Below, piece after piece: positions 22,850 through 37,212 of a stretch of 64,000 bases of DNA; position 1 is the stretch's first letter, and every line of letters starts with the position of its first letter. Below the pieces are notes generated by a model, which saw only the letters and a list, made by a program, of their open reading frames with translations, did not search any database and was not told the origin of the DNA. The stretch lies in NCBI RefSeq assembly GCF_036971445.1, contig NC_091476.1, positions 139,314,001 through 139,378,000 of the forward strand, in the 5' to 3' direction. Source of the DNA: Narcine bancroftii. Lineage: Eukaryota. Made by a program: the position numbers and the translations under genes.

Positions 22850-25620
22850 AAAGTTAAGATTGTCAATAAGCTTCTGGAGGAACACAACAGATCAGATAGC
22901 TCCCATGGGGAGAAAATGTCAGTCAATGCTGTACATCTGAACCTCTCAATGAGATTAAGGTTTAAAAGGGAGTGGTATTTAGTATATCAATGGGGAAAGA
23001 ATCTGGGAGAGGCCAAAAGGTGACAGGATATTGGAATGAAGATGGGAGAGGTGAAGAGACAGGTAGAGGGCAAGACCAATGGAAAGGAAAAGAGTTAGAG
23101 AGAAAAGTAAGAATTAAGGAGTAGGTGAAAAGATAGAAACATTGAGACCAGACAGAAGTTTGGGGAAGTTACCCAAAAATACAAAAACCCATGTTCGTGA
23201 TGTTGAGTTTAAAGCTGATCGTGAGGCATATGATGTGTTGTTCCTCAAATTTTCATTAGCTTCACCTTGACAATAAATGAGGCAGAGGACAGATACATCT
23301 GTATTAGATGCTAATGGAATTGAAGTAATGGGTTACAGGAAGCTCAAACCCTGACCCACAAATAGAGCCAAATGTTAGGTGAGGTAGTCATTCAACCTGC
23401 AATTGGTCTCACCAATAAAAAGAGACTAAATTGAATGTACCAAATGCAGTAGATTAGATTAGATGATGCATTTACAGCTTTGCCTCATCAGGAATGTTTG
23501 CTCAACTTATCTTTATCCCAGTCTTTTTTACTATCAATTTCTTGTAAAATACAATAAAAATCAGATATATATCCCTTTTTTGGTATTGAAAGTACATATT
23601 CTTCAAAACTAGATTCAGGCAATAAAATCATATGTCGACCACATAACTGTTTTACAAAAGATCTTAATTGATAATATACAAATATAGAATTTGCACTAAT
23701 ACAATATTTCCTTTGTAATTCGTCAAAGGAACAAAAACAACCCTCAGAAAAACAATCAGATAAATTTTTTATTACCTTCTTTTCCCATTGTTTCAAAGTG
23801 GCATTGGAGACCGTAAAAGGAACAAGTTGATTATTATATAATGGCAATCTTCCAGAATATATATTTTTAAGTCCCAATTTTTTAAGTTTACTTGTCCATA
23901 AATTCAATAAATGTTTCAATATTGGCACATCATAAGTTCGTAATAAATTTTTATTCCATCGAAACAAAAACTCATGAGGAAATTTTTCTAAAATAACCGC
24001 CATTTCTATCTTTACCCAACTAGGTGGGTTGTCCATATTCATTAATGCATTAAGAAATTTGAATTGAGCTGCTTCATAATAATGCTGAAAATTCGGTAAT
24101 CTTAAACCTCCAAATTGAAAATCCCACATCAATTTTCTCATTGCTACTCTCGGAAATTTTCCCTTCCATAAGAATTCTCTAATCGCTTTATATAAATCCT
24201 TAAAAAAACTTTTTTTTAAAAAATAAGGAATTGATTGAAACAAATATTGTATTCTAGGAAAAATATTCATTTTTATGGTATTAATCCTCCCTAGTAAACC
24301 CAAAGGTAGATCCCTCCACCTAATCAAATCTAATTTAATCCTTTTTATTAAAGGAAAATAATTAATTGAATATAAAAAGATTTAGGACATAAAATAGCTG
24401 AAGAAGCTTGGATGGAAATTTGTCAGAATAGCATTTGGAAATTAATTAATGCTAGACTAGCGATGATTAATTATAATTTTATTCATCAGCTATATTTAAC
24501 GCCGGAGAAATTAAAAAAATTTGGTTTTAGTAAGTTGGATTCTTGTTTTCGATGTGATCAGACGGCCAATACTTTTTTTGCATACTGTTTGGCTTTGTGA
24601 TCGATTGCAACAGTTTTGGAAAGGTATTCAATCTGTTTTTAACAGTTTATATAATATCCATCTTGTATTAGATCCCGATATATTTTTATTAGGGAACATG
24701 CAATCATTAATCGATTTAGGTTTAGACGATTATCAGATTTCATTTATTTATTTAGCTTTAGTTGTGGCTAAGAAATGTATAGCACTTACTTGGAAAGATA
24801 GAAATATACTAACTTTAGATAAGTGGTATTTGGAAATGAAATTTTGTTTGACTATGGAAAGGATATCTTTTTCAATTCAGGATAAGATGTCTTTTTATAA
24901 GTTAAAGTAGACTCCGTTTGCTAATTATATGCATTTAAGTTTGATTTAAATATATGTTTAAGTGTGATATTTTAGTATTGACAATTTTTTTTGTTGTTGT
25001 TAGAATTTTTTTAGGTTAAGTTTTATCTCTTTTTTTGTAAGTGGGTATTTTTTTTCATATATAATATTGTCAATTTTATTAACTCTTCACTCTTTATTTC
25101 GGGGGGGAGGGTTGAACTAATTTTATGTTAGACTATTAATATTGTGTTACAATTAACGGGGGGGGTTATTTTGTGTAGTTTTCTGATGTAATATTGTAAT
25201 CATACCTTTAAAAAAATTTTTTTCTATTTTTCTTTAAATGTAATTCTTTATTGTATTCACATTATAAAAATTTCAAATAAAGTCTTTAAAAAAAAAGGAA
25301 TGTTTGCTCATGGCCATGGAAGGGGGTGGGGGCGAAATATAGGGCAAGATTTGCACTGTCTGTAATTACAGCTAGAAGTGCCCGAATGGATGGAAGGATA
25401 TGTGGGCAGGGAAGAGCAAACAAAAGATTCTGAGAAAGTCTATTTCTTGCTAAAAGCATAGGGGAAGATATAGTTGGTGATGGGATCTGGTTGAAGTTGA
25501 TAGTGTGTCAGAGGATAATGTGCAAGAGGTGGACGCTGGTTGGCTGGAAAGCAAGGATCAAAGGGACTTTGTCCTTGTTCTCCCAGAAAGGGAGATGGGA
25601 TTAAGGCAGAATTTTTAAAA
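22850..25620 (-). mobile_element. Old Penelope-like element, interrupted by the young L1
   Basis: Minus strand near 23400-23460 reads NLIYCIW followed by a degenerate IGET motif (GIY-YIG remnant), with a purine-rich tract on plus. Similar sequence continues after 25310. Boundaries are approximate. Confidence 0.55.
23505..25295 (+). mobile_element. 5'-truncated, 5'-inverted L1 insertion with polyA tail and 15-bp TSD
   Basis: TSD AGGAATGTTTGCTCA at 23490-23504 and 25296-25310. From 23505 to about 24373 it encodes ORF2 on the minus strand (279-aa open frame). From about 24374 it encodes the next part of ORF2 on plus (zinc-finger CFRC, VAKKCIALTWK), then AATAAA and an A-tail. Confidence 0.95.
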
Positions 25621-26486
25621 TGGAAGAGATATGGATACTCAAGTTCATCCAGCAGCTCACTGTTTGCTCCTCATATCTACAGTTCTGTTTCTCTAAAGAT
25701 CATCTTCCATTATCTCAGTAATTAAGCAACTGAGAGTGAGAGTAGAAGACACTCTTATGCAAATTGGTAAGTAATATTTTTTTTGCTTCCACACCCTTGA
25801 CACTAAATAAGCAGACAGTGTCTTAATGTTTGGGAAGGCAACTTTGGACATGTCAGGACTTATGGCAAACTAAAAGATAGATAATTATGGCAAATTAACA
25901 TCTATTTCTATTTTAGTGTGTATTTCTTTGGATAACAAATTTGGATGAAGTTTTGGCAGGGGTGGGAGAAGTGTGGTGATAATATTGCCAGCATGTTTTG
26001 CTATTTTAAGATATTTTCCAAGGGAGCACAGGCAGTAACAATGTTCTGACTAAAATCTTTTCTTCCCTTTGCATTTCCACAAATATTTCCCAACTCACAT
26101 CTCAGATACAAAAACAAAAAAATGCTAAAGAAAGTCATTTCAGGATTCTAGCAGTTTAAAAAAAACCTTTTAATTGTTTTTCTTTCCAGAGTTACGTTTT
26201 GGATGGTGCCAGTGAGTCAAGTGATCAAATGTACACCCCTGTGATGTAGATGCTGAAGTGCTAACAGCTCGTGTACAAAATAGCCCTCAGATCCAAACAC
26301 CAATTTTAAACCAACCACTCAATGTGCACCTTATTTGTGCAATGCTGAGTTATGAGCCAAATACTTTCCCTGGACACATTTACAATCTTGGTCTTATCCA
26401 GTAATTGCTATTCGTCCATCTGCTGTTTCTGGGATTTAAGATTCCATCAGCAAACACGCACACAAAGCAAACTGAAGTTCAAATAC

Positions 26487-26568
26487 CTTGTTCACTAGGG
26501 ATGTAACTTTCATCATAATCCTCTTCGAGGATTATTTGGTCTCCTATCCGTAGTGCATTTGCTGTCAT
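26487..26568 (-). CDS. CEP164: CEP164 first coding exon (82 coding nt; whole exon 26487-26596)
   Basis: ATG at 26568 gives [27 protein letters not shown](E), matching the CEP164 N-terminus (LRIGDQLVLEEDYDE.YIPSEQE). Acceptor ttttcttcattttatAG at 26597-26598, GT donor at 26485-26486. Not listed in the ORF track. Confidence 0.95.
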
Positions 26569-27227
26569 TTCAGTTTAAAAGTGCAGCAGTGCTTCCCTAT
26601 AAAATGAAGAAAAAAGTTACACAAAGTAAATGACGGAAATAAAACAGAAACAAAAAACATTTCATTTTAACATAATTCCACATGCAACTGTAGCAAAATA
26701 CTGTAATCAAAGTCAATAAGTTTGTTCTCTGAAATATCAAATTAAGTTTCACTATTCATTTGTAGAAGAAGGCTGCTTCAAATTTAACTTTCACTTCAGT
26801 CTGCCTCCAATACACCTTAACCCGAGATCAGAGATGACCCTAGCTAGTCAACAAGCATCCTAATCTTAATATGCATAACAAAAGCATTTGCATTTATGCA
26901 ACCATTAAATCGATTTGATTTTGTAGCCCTCTGTCATCCTAGTATTCTGAAAATTATCAATTACAATCTCAGGCACTTCACTGTAGTCGAGGACAGTTTC
27001 CAATGATGAAGATGAGACTAAATTCTCAATTACTTGTCTGTTTTGGGTGTTGGTGAAAATAGTCTGAAAGGGTGCTTTAGGATGAAGATCAGTCATATGA
27101 CAGCAATGCAAACCTTAGTTTAGCACAGTGGTGCTCAACCTTTTTCTTTCCACTCACATACCACCTCAAGTAATCCCTTACTAACCTCAGAGCACCTATG
27201 GCATCCGAAGAGTGGTAAGTGCTACTC

Positions 27228-30200
27228 ATCAGAATTTATTGTCAAGAACAAGTCATGAAATTTGGTGTCTTGCGGTCACATCATAGTGCAAACATTCATA
27301 TTACAACCATCTCACAACATACTACATTTTTAAAAATGCACAAAAAGTAAGGGAGTGTCTTTGGTTCATTTATTCAAGAATCTGATGGCAGCAAGAAAGA
27401 AGCTGTCCTTGCGCTCGTCTAGGCTGCCAATGGCAGCAAAATGAAGAGGGCATGGCCTGGGTGGTGGAGATGTTGGAGAATAGAGGCTGCTTTTTTAAGA
27501 CATCATCTTAGGTAGATGTCCTTACTGGTGCCTATGATGTCACAGGCCAAGTTAACAACCCTCAAGTTTATTCTTGTCCAGATAGTTGGCACCTCCATAC
27601 CAGGCAGTGATTCATCAGCCAGAATGCTCTCCATGGTACATCTGTAGAAGTTTACTAGAGTCTTTGGTGATGTATCAAATTACCTCAGACATCTCTCACA
27701 AAGTATAGCCGCTGGCGAGCCTTCTTTTAGATTGCATCAACATGGAGGATCTGAGACAGACGCTCAGAGAAGTTGACACCCAGGAATTCGAAGTTCTTGA
27801 CCCTCTCCACTACTGAGACCTCAGTGATGACTGAGTCATGTTCCCCTGACTTCAGTCCACAATCATTTCCTTGGTTTTGCTGATGTTCAGCGCAAGATTG
27901 TTGTGGTTACACCATTCAATGAGCTGATCGATCTCCCTCCTGTTCGCTTCCTCATTACTGTTTGTGAATCTGCTGACAACTGTGGTGTCATTGGCAAACT
28001 TGTAGATAGCATTCGAATTGTGCACAGTCATGGATGTATAACGAGTAGAGCATTGGGCTAAGCACGCATCCTTGGGGAGGAGGAGATGATGTTTCCAATC
28101 GTACTTTCTGTGGTCTTCCAATGAGAAAGTCAAGGATCCAGTTGCAGAGCAGGATACAGAGACCTAGAGTTTGTAGCTTCTTGACCAGTACTGGTACTGA
28201 AGGCCGAGCTGTAGTTGATGAAGAGCAGCTGAATGTATTGATTGCTGTTTTCGAGCTGATCCAGAGCTGAGTGAAGAACTAGCAATATTGCATCTGCTGT
28301 GGACCGATTGTGATGATGGTCCAGATCTTTGCTCAGTTACTTCTGGACAAGACCAACTTCTCAAAGCATTTTATCATAGTAGTAGTTAGGGCCTCTGGGC
28401 AGTAGTCGCTGCGGCATCTCACACTACTCTTCTTGGGTACTGGGATGATTTTGTTTTTTGTAAATTTTATTTTTCATTTGCATCAATACAAGTACAGTAT
28501 TTATCCATATCATAGAGAATAGTAAAATACAATGATGCAAAAATATTAGATATTTTCATATTTTCTCCCCCTCCCTCCCCAAAAAATAGGAAAGATAGAA
28601 GAAAGCCTGCCTTATAATATCCTCTTGATTAGTTAAATTTCAACTTTACATAATGATCTTGAATTAACAAAGATGAGTTGGAGCGGGAGTGGTGGATGCT
28701 GTAGATTAAATCATAGCAATAAAATCCATAAAGGTTTCCAAATATCAATTTTTTATGGTTGATTCTGTAAATTATATGTTATTTTCTCTAATGGTATACA
28801 GAATTTAGTAATTCTGTTTGCCATGTCTTCAACCCCACATTGTCTAATTTCCATGTTACAACTACACATTTCTTTGCTATTGCTGTACTTGAAAACTTCT
28901 TCTGATAAATCTCTAACTCCAAATCAAAAATATCTTCTAATAAAAATATTTTAGGATCTTTCAAAACTTGCATCTTCATAACTCGCCCCAATAAAATACT
29001 TACATCTTCCCCAAATTTTCCTACTTTTTCCACATTGCCAAACTGCATGCCAAAAAGTTCCTACTTCTTTATTACATCTAAAACATTGATCAGAACAATT
29101 TGAATTAATTTCATCTAATTTATATGGAGTATAATTGATGTAAAAAAAATTAAATTGTACCATTTGGTATCTAACATTAATTGATTTAGTTACTCTTTTT
29201 GACCCCACTTCTTGAATATTTATATTTAAATCTCTTTCCCATCTTAATTTAAATTTAAATAGACCTTTTTTCTGCATAGTATCTTGCAATTTCATATTCA
29301 TATTAGTAATAGATCTTTTGATAAATGTGTTATTAAATATTCAAATTAACCTGTTCATGTCATCTAAAATTCATCCCTTTCTTTTTAAATATGATTTAAG
29401 CTGATAATAAGAAAAAATGGTATTATTTGGTATATTATACTCATCTTTCAATTGGTCACAAGTAAAAAAAACAGAACCCAAAAACCAATCCTTTATCCCT
29501 TTTTATTCCACAACTGTACAAAATATCAAAATAAACATTAACTGTAAAAGGAATCAAAGGATTTTGCTTTTTAATAACATTGTAACCAACTGATAATTCT
29601 TCATTCCTCTTTCTACATGTATTCCATTCCATACTTTAAGTATATGTTTCAAAATTGGTGTATCTATTTGCCCTTTCAACAATTCTTCATGCCATTTATA
29701 CAAAATATGCTCAGAATTCTTTTCTCCTATTTTACTCATTTAATTTTGCACCCACACTGTCTTTTCATCAGTCTGATAACAAGAGGACAAAAGTCCTGTT
29801 TATAGTAATTTTTAAAATTAGGCATTCATAAACCCCCCCTGGTCATATTTCCTTGTTAATTTTTCCAATGCCATCCAAAGACATTTTGTCTCGCCAAATA
29901 AATCTTCTTACACTTTTATATAAATCTTGAAAAATCATTGTTGGTACAAAAATTGGTAATGATTGTATTCTAGGAAAAATTAATTGCAAAAAAAACATCT
30001 TGTATAAATTTCCCATTTAATATATATGCACCGAATATAGAGAAAGTCCAATATTCAGAACAAATTTTACAATTTACCATTACATATCTCCCCACTTTAT
30101 CAATAATTACTTCCAATATTTTAATTGGTAAACTTTCATTTATTAATATCGCTACTCCTCTAGCTTTAGAGTTAAATGTAGAAGACAATACCCTTCCTAC

Positions 30201-32350
30201 CCAGTCTATCTTTAATTTCACATGTTCTACTTCCGTTAAATGAGTTTCTTGTAAAAAAAGCCACATCTACTTTAGTTCTTCTTCAAATAGCTTAATAACC
30301 TTTTTCTCTTTATCAGATTCGGAATTTAATTAATATTAATACTATTAAAAGATAATTTCCCTGTCATTAGACACCAAAATTAAAGCAAATGTCCATCCAG
30401 TGTTATTCCCCCTCCTCCCCACTCACCCCAACTCTCCTAGAGTATCTAGTATATCTATAAACTAGATAGACAAACAGTCTAGGCTTAAAACAAAAAAGAA
30501 AAAGTAGAGAAAGGAAAAGAAAAAAAATTAAAGAAAAACCCCAGAGGCGCATGATGTAAAGCGTCTCTACTCCCCTGATCTATGCGGGATGGAAAAGATA
30601 TCACATTAGTGCCCATGACTCTGCAGTGGTCAGCATCATATTCCCCACTAACTCACTCGAAATACCGTACAATCCCTTACTATAATCTTTTCAATAAACC
30701 TTATAATCCATTAATCTTATCAAATATAATAGATCATGCACATTATAGGTTAAACCTTCCTTCCTCTTTAAGTTCTCTCAAAACACAATATACTTTCAGT
30801 TATAGCAAAAAAATCTTTCAGTTGTGTAATTAATTCAGGTATCAACAGCCACCTGTTGGTCTTTAGCAGGCAATGAATCGGTACCTTTGCTTCATTAGGC
30901 TCAGTAAAAATTGTATTCCTCCCTCCCAGGATGAATACTTTCAATGCAGCTGGATATCTCAAAACAAAGGCATAGCTTTTTTTCCATAACTTATCTTTAA
31001 CCGGATTAAACTCTCTTCTCTTTTACAGCAATACAAAACTTATGTCTGGATAAAAGTAAATCTTATTTCCATTATAGATCAAAGGTGATTGTCTTTCTTT
31101 AGCTTGTTTTGCTGCCAAATCCAATATCTTTTCTCTTACTTCATATCAAAAGAATCTGACAAGTATTGGACAGGACCTTTGGTCAGGCTGAGGTTTAGGT
31201 CTCAATATCCTATGGGTTTGCTCCATCTCCAAGTCTTGAAATTCAGCCTGATCCAAAGATTCTGGTATCCACCGTTGCAAAAATTTTTTCATGTCTTGAC
31301 CTTCAACCCCTTCTTTAAGTCCAACAATCATAATATTATTCTGTCTACTAAAGTTTTACAAAATGTCTATTTTTTTGCATTAACTGATCATGCTTTACAG
31401 CAGCCTGTGCTTGTACTTTTTTCATTTGGTCTTTGATATTTTGAATCTCAAATTCATTCCCTTTAATTTTACCATCCACTATTTCAACTTGTTGCATTAA
31501 TCTTTCCATCTTTTCATCTTTTCATCATTCTTTCTTACTTCATCAGTTAATACTTCCATGGATTGTCTTCAAAAGTCTAAACATTGCTTCATTTCTCCAG
31601 AAGATAAAGAAGCCTCTGCACCTTTTTCTGCTTTTCTCTTGATTGTAGGTCGCTCTTGATCTTTCCTTTGCTTTTCCAGGTCCTCTTCTTGATCACTGGA
31701 GCTGTGAGTGTCTTGTATCTTTTTTAAAAATTTCCTCCTTTTCTTTTGTTCTCTGTGCATGCGTGAGGAGTTATGCACGCACAAAGTCACTTCTTCAGTT
31801 GATGTCGGTGGCCATTGCTGGAGGAGACCTTGTGCAGCAGTGTCCAAGGTCTCCCCAGCTTCTGGCTGCTCTCCTTTGGATACCACCTTACAAACAGCTC
31901 CAGGATCCTTTCTCAAGGTTGGCCTCTCTTTTTCTTCTTTCTTTTCTTGCTCAGTTTCTTGTTTTGCAGTAAGGCCTTTATCCTTCTTTGTTGGCATTGT
32001 TAATGTCTTCTGTATGTCTTCAGACAGTTCTTCCTTATACTTTCTGTAACTTTTATAGTTTTTTTTTTAAACTCACTTTCTCAACTTTTTTTAAGGACAG
32101 CAGGGATTATCAGTCCAACCACACATCATCACGTGGCACGTCCCCTTGAGTGATGGGATGATTGATGCCCTTTTGAAGCAAGTGGGAACCTCTGACTGAA
32201 GCAATGAGAGGTTGAAAATGTCTGGGAACACTCCAGCTAGTTGGTTGGTGCCGATTTTCAGTACCCTGTCAGGTACGCTGTCAGGGCCTGATACCTTTCA
32301 AGGGTTCACCCTCTTGAATGATGTTCTGACGTCGCCCTCAGAGGCAGATA
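27228..32350 (-). mobile_element. Rex/Babar LINE fragment split by an L1 insertion (27228-28450 and 32154-32350)
   Basis: ORF 27852-28133 ([10 protein letters not shown]...LALNISKTKEMIVD). The sequence resumes after the TSD with the region homologous to 34800-34990. Confidence 0.85.
28451..32153 (-). mobile_element. L1-clade LINE with both ends but a large internal ORF2 deletion
   Basis: 10-bp TSD TGGGATGATT (28441-28450, 32154-32163) and a T-rich tail on plus. ORF1 pieces at 31569-31997, 31146-31331 and 30768-30962; endonuclease FLQETHL..SKARGVAILI at 29970-30266; C-terminal CFRC and AKKCVVVTWK at 28788-29301. Confidence 0.9.
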
Positions 32351-33644
32351 CTGCTGATGTTTGGAAATTCTAACACTTCGGTCAGGTGGAATCCAAAGAT
32401 AAAGCATTTGGTCAAGTCCCTCTATGGTGACCAGAGCATGAAAGTCTCAGCCAGCACTCTAGCAGAGAACAAAGGAAGTGCTGCCATGATAGGGGTACGA
32501 CACCAGCAGATTTTCCATACCATCATATCTTATTCCAAAACACATTTAATTTTATTTTTCATTAAAAAATACGTTACTCAGTAGAATAATACATTTTCCA
32601 GTGAACCAGTTTTAACAGAGTAGAGGACACATGGCCCAGTGTGTTTCAAGTGAGAGTGGGAAACTGGTCCCATGAGTTTCAAAGGAATGTGGAAAAGAGG
32701 ACCCTGGTGAACAAAAGGAAGCAACAAGAATCTAGGCCCCAATGACAGAAAGGGAGAGAGGAAATCAACACCCAATAAGCCAGATCCCCAATCATTACAA
32801 TGCCTGGATAGTCAGAAAGCAGATCACTGAAATTTTGATATCAATTCCTTTATTTTCACATAATATTACATGAAATTGTTTTCTGCCTGCCACAAGGTAG
32901 GCAAAGAATCACCATTAGTGTCACCTGGCACCCTTACAGTAAGAGTGAAAGAGAAGCAAAGAGTCCCTTCAGAGTTACTAAGTGTCCATGGATTCACCTC
33001 CAGAGCTCCCATAGCCTCTGTAGCATTGGCACCCTGAGCTCCAGATCAAACCTCTAACAAGATAAGCGCCAAAGGACCTTCAGGAGCCCTTCTTGCCCTC
33101 AGCACCCCCTCAAATCCTAGTTTGAATACCTGGTTTCCATGAACCAGTCTCAAATTCGCTGCAGTCCATGTGGGTCCCCCAACCACAAGTCGGCAGCAGC
33201 CTGTGTGGGTCCATCAGCCGCTGAGCCCCTCACTAGTACGCCACCATGGTCACTGTCCTGTAGGGTCATCTCCTCTGCTTCTCCTTCTCAATGGGGGGGG
33301 GGGGGTGGTAATCACCCTGCTCCAGGCCACTGCTCCCTGGAGTCCGCAACTCCTCATGGCTGCTGCCATTGGCCGCAGACCTTCCATTTGCAGGATTTTA
33401 ACTTAAAAACACCATCAGCTCATTGAACAGGCAATTTAATGCCTATATGGAACCACTGGCATTAGGACCAGGTGGTTGAACTGTCTGGAGCAGTGCTGGG
33501 TTTCTTCTCTCAGCTCAACTGTCCACAACAGTGACAACAGTTCTGGCTGTATCGTCATATTTTTTCTATATTTGCCATTGCTCTAAGACTATGTCAAGTA
33601 AAATATAAAACATCAGAGTCAACTTAAAATGAAAATATAGAAAC

Positions 33645-36100
33645 AGAATTTATCGTCATGAACAAGTCACAAAATTCGGTGTTTTGTCGCAGCATCACAG
33701 TGCAGGCATTCATTGAAACCACCTTACAGCAATTTTTTTTTAAATAACAGTGCACAAAAAGTGAGGCAGTGTTCTTGGATCACTGATTATTCAGGAATCT
33801 GTTAGCAGCGGGGAAAGATTCTGTCCTTGTGCCACTAAGTGCTCGTCTTTAGGCTCCTGTACTTTTTTTTTTACCCCAATGGTAGTGGAGTGAAAAGGGC
33901 ATGGATTGTGTGGTGGGGGCCCTTGAGGATAGAGGCTGCTTTTATAAGACACCACCTCTTGTGGATATCCTCGATGGAATGAAGTCTGGTGACTGTGTTG
34001 TCGCAGGCCAAGTTAACAATCCTCTGGAGCTTTTTTTTGTCCTGAGTATTAGCACCTCCATACCAGACAGTGTAACAGTGTAATGTTACCTGTAGCAGTT
34101 TGAGAGTCTTCAGTGACATACTGAATCTCCTCAAACACCTCACAAAGTATAGCCGCTGGCAAGCCTTCTTCGTGGTTGGATCGACATGGAGGATCAAGGA
34201 CAGATCCTCGGAGATGTTGACACCAAGAAGTTTGAGGTTCTTGACTCTCTCCACTACTGAGCCCTCAATGAGGACTGGTCATGTACACCTGACTTCCTTT
34301 TGAAGTCCACAATCATCTCCTTAACTTTGCTGACATTGAGCGCAAGGTTGTTTGCGTGATATCACTCAATGATCTGATCTCTCTTCGGTACACTTCTTCA
34401 TTGCCGGTTGTGATTCTGCAAACAACTGTGGTGTCATCGGACTTCTGATGAGAAAGTCAAGAATCCAGCTCCAGAGGGGGTGCAGAGATCCAGAGTTTGT
34501 AGCTTCTTGACCAGCCCTGAAGTAATAATGGTGTTGAAGGATGAGTATAGTTGATGAGGAGCAGCTGTATGCATGAGTTATTGTTTGAGGTGATCCAGAG
34601 TCAAGTGGAGAGCCAGCAATATTGCATCTGCTGTGGAACAATTGTGACGGTAGGCGTATTGCAGTGGGTCAGGACCTTTGCTTAGGTACACGTCTATTCT
34701 GTCAATGACCAGCCTCTCAAAGCATTTCACCACAGTAGATTTAAGTGCGACTGGCCGCAAGTCGTTGAGGCAGGTCATAGGACTCTTCTTGGGCACCAGG
34801 ATGATTGAGATCCTTTTGAAGCAGGTGGGAACTTCTGACTGCAGCAATGAGGTTGAAAATGTCCGTGAACACTCTGGCTCGTCAGTTTGCCCAGATTTTT
34901 AGTATCCTGACAGGTACAATATCAGGGCCTGATGCATTGCGAGGGTTCACCCTCTTGAGTGATGCTCTAATGTCATACTCGGAGACATATCATAGGGTCC
35001 TCAGCCTTTCCAGGGATTCTAGTAGGCACTGTTGGTTCTCCTTCTCAAAATGGGCATAGAAGGTGTTCAGCTCATCGAGTTTTGAAGCATTAAAGCTATC
35101 GATGGTGTTTGTCCTTGCCTTGTAGGCTGTAATGGCCTGTACTCCCGGCCATAGCTGGTGTGTTTCTGTTTCTAGTTTCCTCCAGAATTGTCACTTTGTT
35201 TCAAGATGGTCTTCCACAGGTCATACCTGGACTTCTTGTAGAGATCTAGATCCCCAGCTTTAAACACCATTGATCTCGCCCTCAACAGGTTGCAAAACCT
35301 CTGATTCATCCAAGGCTTCTGGTTGGGGAACATCTGGTATGTGCATGCGAGCACACACTCGTCCATCCAGGTCTCGATGAAGTCGGTGACACCTCTTGCA
35401 CATTCATTAGTTTTTGTATGAGTTCTTGAACATGTTCCAGTCCACAGATTCAAAGCAGTCCTGCAGACACTCCTCCACCTCCCTTAACCATACTTATGCT
35501 ATTTTCACTATCGGTGCTGTGGTCCTCAGTCTCTGATTGTTTGCCAGGAGTAGAAGTACAGCCAGGTAATCTGACTTGCTGAAGTGCAGTTGTGGTCTGG
35601 CTCAGTAGCCATTCTTCATGGTGATGTAGCAGTGTTTTAGTGTGTTGGCTCCCCAGTCTTGCATGTGACATGTTCGTTGTAGTTTGTCAGAGACTTCTTC
35701 AAGTTGGACTGATTGAAGACCTCTACAATGATCGGGAAGGCATCAGGATGTGCTGTCTTATGGCTGTTAACCTATAGAAACCTCCAGTGCCAGTTGTCAT
35801 TAGCTTGGGGCAGAACATACATTACGTCCAGAATGATAGCGACACATTCCATCGGAAGGTAAAATGAGTAACACTTGATCACCAGATGGTTCAGGTTGGG
35901 AGAACAGGACTTGGACGTGACCATCATGTTTGTGAACCATGACGAATTGATGATGACACAAATACCACCTCCTGTGGTTTTTCCTGAAGCTGCTGTCTGG
36001 TCGGTGCGGTGAAGGGTGTAGCCCATTGCTGTAGCGCTGGGTCCAGAATGTCCACATGTAACTATGTTTCTGTAAATCACATCACACCCTGATGTCGCTC
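33645..36100 (-). mobile_element. Rex/Babar LINE (endonuclease to RT), decayed
   Basis: ORFs 35772-36119 (DQTAASGKTTGGGIC), 35172-35453 (FPNQKPWMN), 34578-34847 (LNDLRPVALKSTVVKCFERLV..DPLQYAYRHNCSTADAI) and 33871-34254. Confidence 0.9.
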
Positions 36101-37049
36101 TAATGTTGAGGTTAATCAAATTTGGAGTTAATCAAATTTGTTCTTCAAGGATTGTACATTGGCCAGGAGGATGGCAGGAAGTGGAGCCTCAGGCCCCACA
36201 TCTCAGCCCCCTTTGCATCACGAGGTCAGGTCTTCTTTACATTGCCCGTTGGTCCACTGCTGGTAATACCCGCTGTGTCTAAAATGGTCCATGTTATGTC
36301 CCTTTAAATCTCCTCTAATATTTAAATGGACTGAGCATCTGCTGTTTGTGACTCCCACCGTTTAAATGGCACATTCGCTGACTCCCAGTGTTGAACTTGC
36401 CTGAGAGATGACTGTTTAAAGGTCCAGTGGACTGACGAAGACTGCTGATTCTTCCAATTTCAAGGTCTGTAGCGATCTTAGGATAGCCTTATTTATGGGT
36501 AATTTTGATTTTATAGTTCTGATTCTAGGGTAAAATTTCATTGGTTCTGAATGGCAATATTTGATAATTCCCATCAGAGCTGCACACAAAGAGTCACCAT
36601 TGTAAGGTGCTATCTTAGAGGAATATAGCTTCAAGACATGAAAAATGATCAGCTTTCCAGGGTCTTTTTATGAAACTTATGAATGTTGATTGACAATGGC
36701 AGTGTCGTGTATGAGAACAGGCTGCCAGAGAGAGGTCTTTTATTTTCCAGGTATTTAGTGCAAAATCCACACACTTGTATGTTGCAAATGCAGAGTTATT
36801 TGTGTATTTTGCTTACATGACAATAAATGGAATCTTGATCTGGATGCAGTATATCGTCCTGACCACTGAGAGGTAGCAAACTACAACACTGGCATGAAGA
36901 TGCACTCACTTTCTGTCAGCATACTAATATCTAATGTTGGCAGGACAACAGAAGAAACCAATTCAATCTGTTGTTGATAATTGCTCCAGTTTTAATTATC
37001 TCCCCAGTCTAGTCAGCATCGTGGCTTTGCACATTTTGGCAAGTTTAAT

Positions 37050-37212
37050 TTTAATTTAGACATACAACACAATTACAGGCCCTTCTAGCCCATGAGCCTG
37101 TGCTGCCCACAGACACATGGAGACTTTAAAAACTCCTTACAGGCAGCGCCATATATGAACCCAGGTTGCTGGCCTTGTAAAAGTGTTGCGCTAACCACTA
37201 CACTAACCGTGC
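37050..37212 (-). mobile_element. tRNA-derived SINE with CR1-like tail (HE1/V-SINE-like), internally deleted
   Basis: Minus strand starts GCACGGTTAGTGTAGTGGTTAGCGC (A-box-like), has a degenerate B box (GGGTTCATAT) and ends in a CR1-like tail. Confidence 0.65.

Noticed and set aside
37150-37212. Possible tRNA gene
   Set aside because: The B box is degenerate, no cloverleaf is evident and it has a LINE-like tail, so it is a SINE head.
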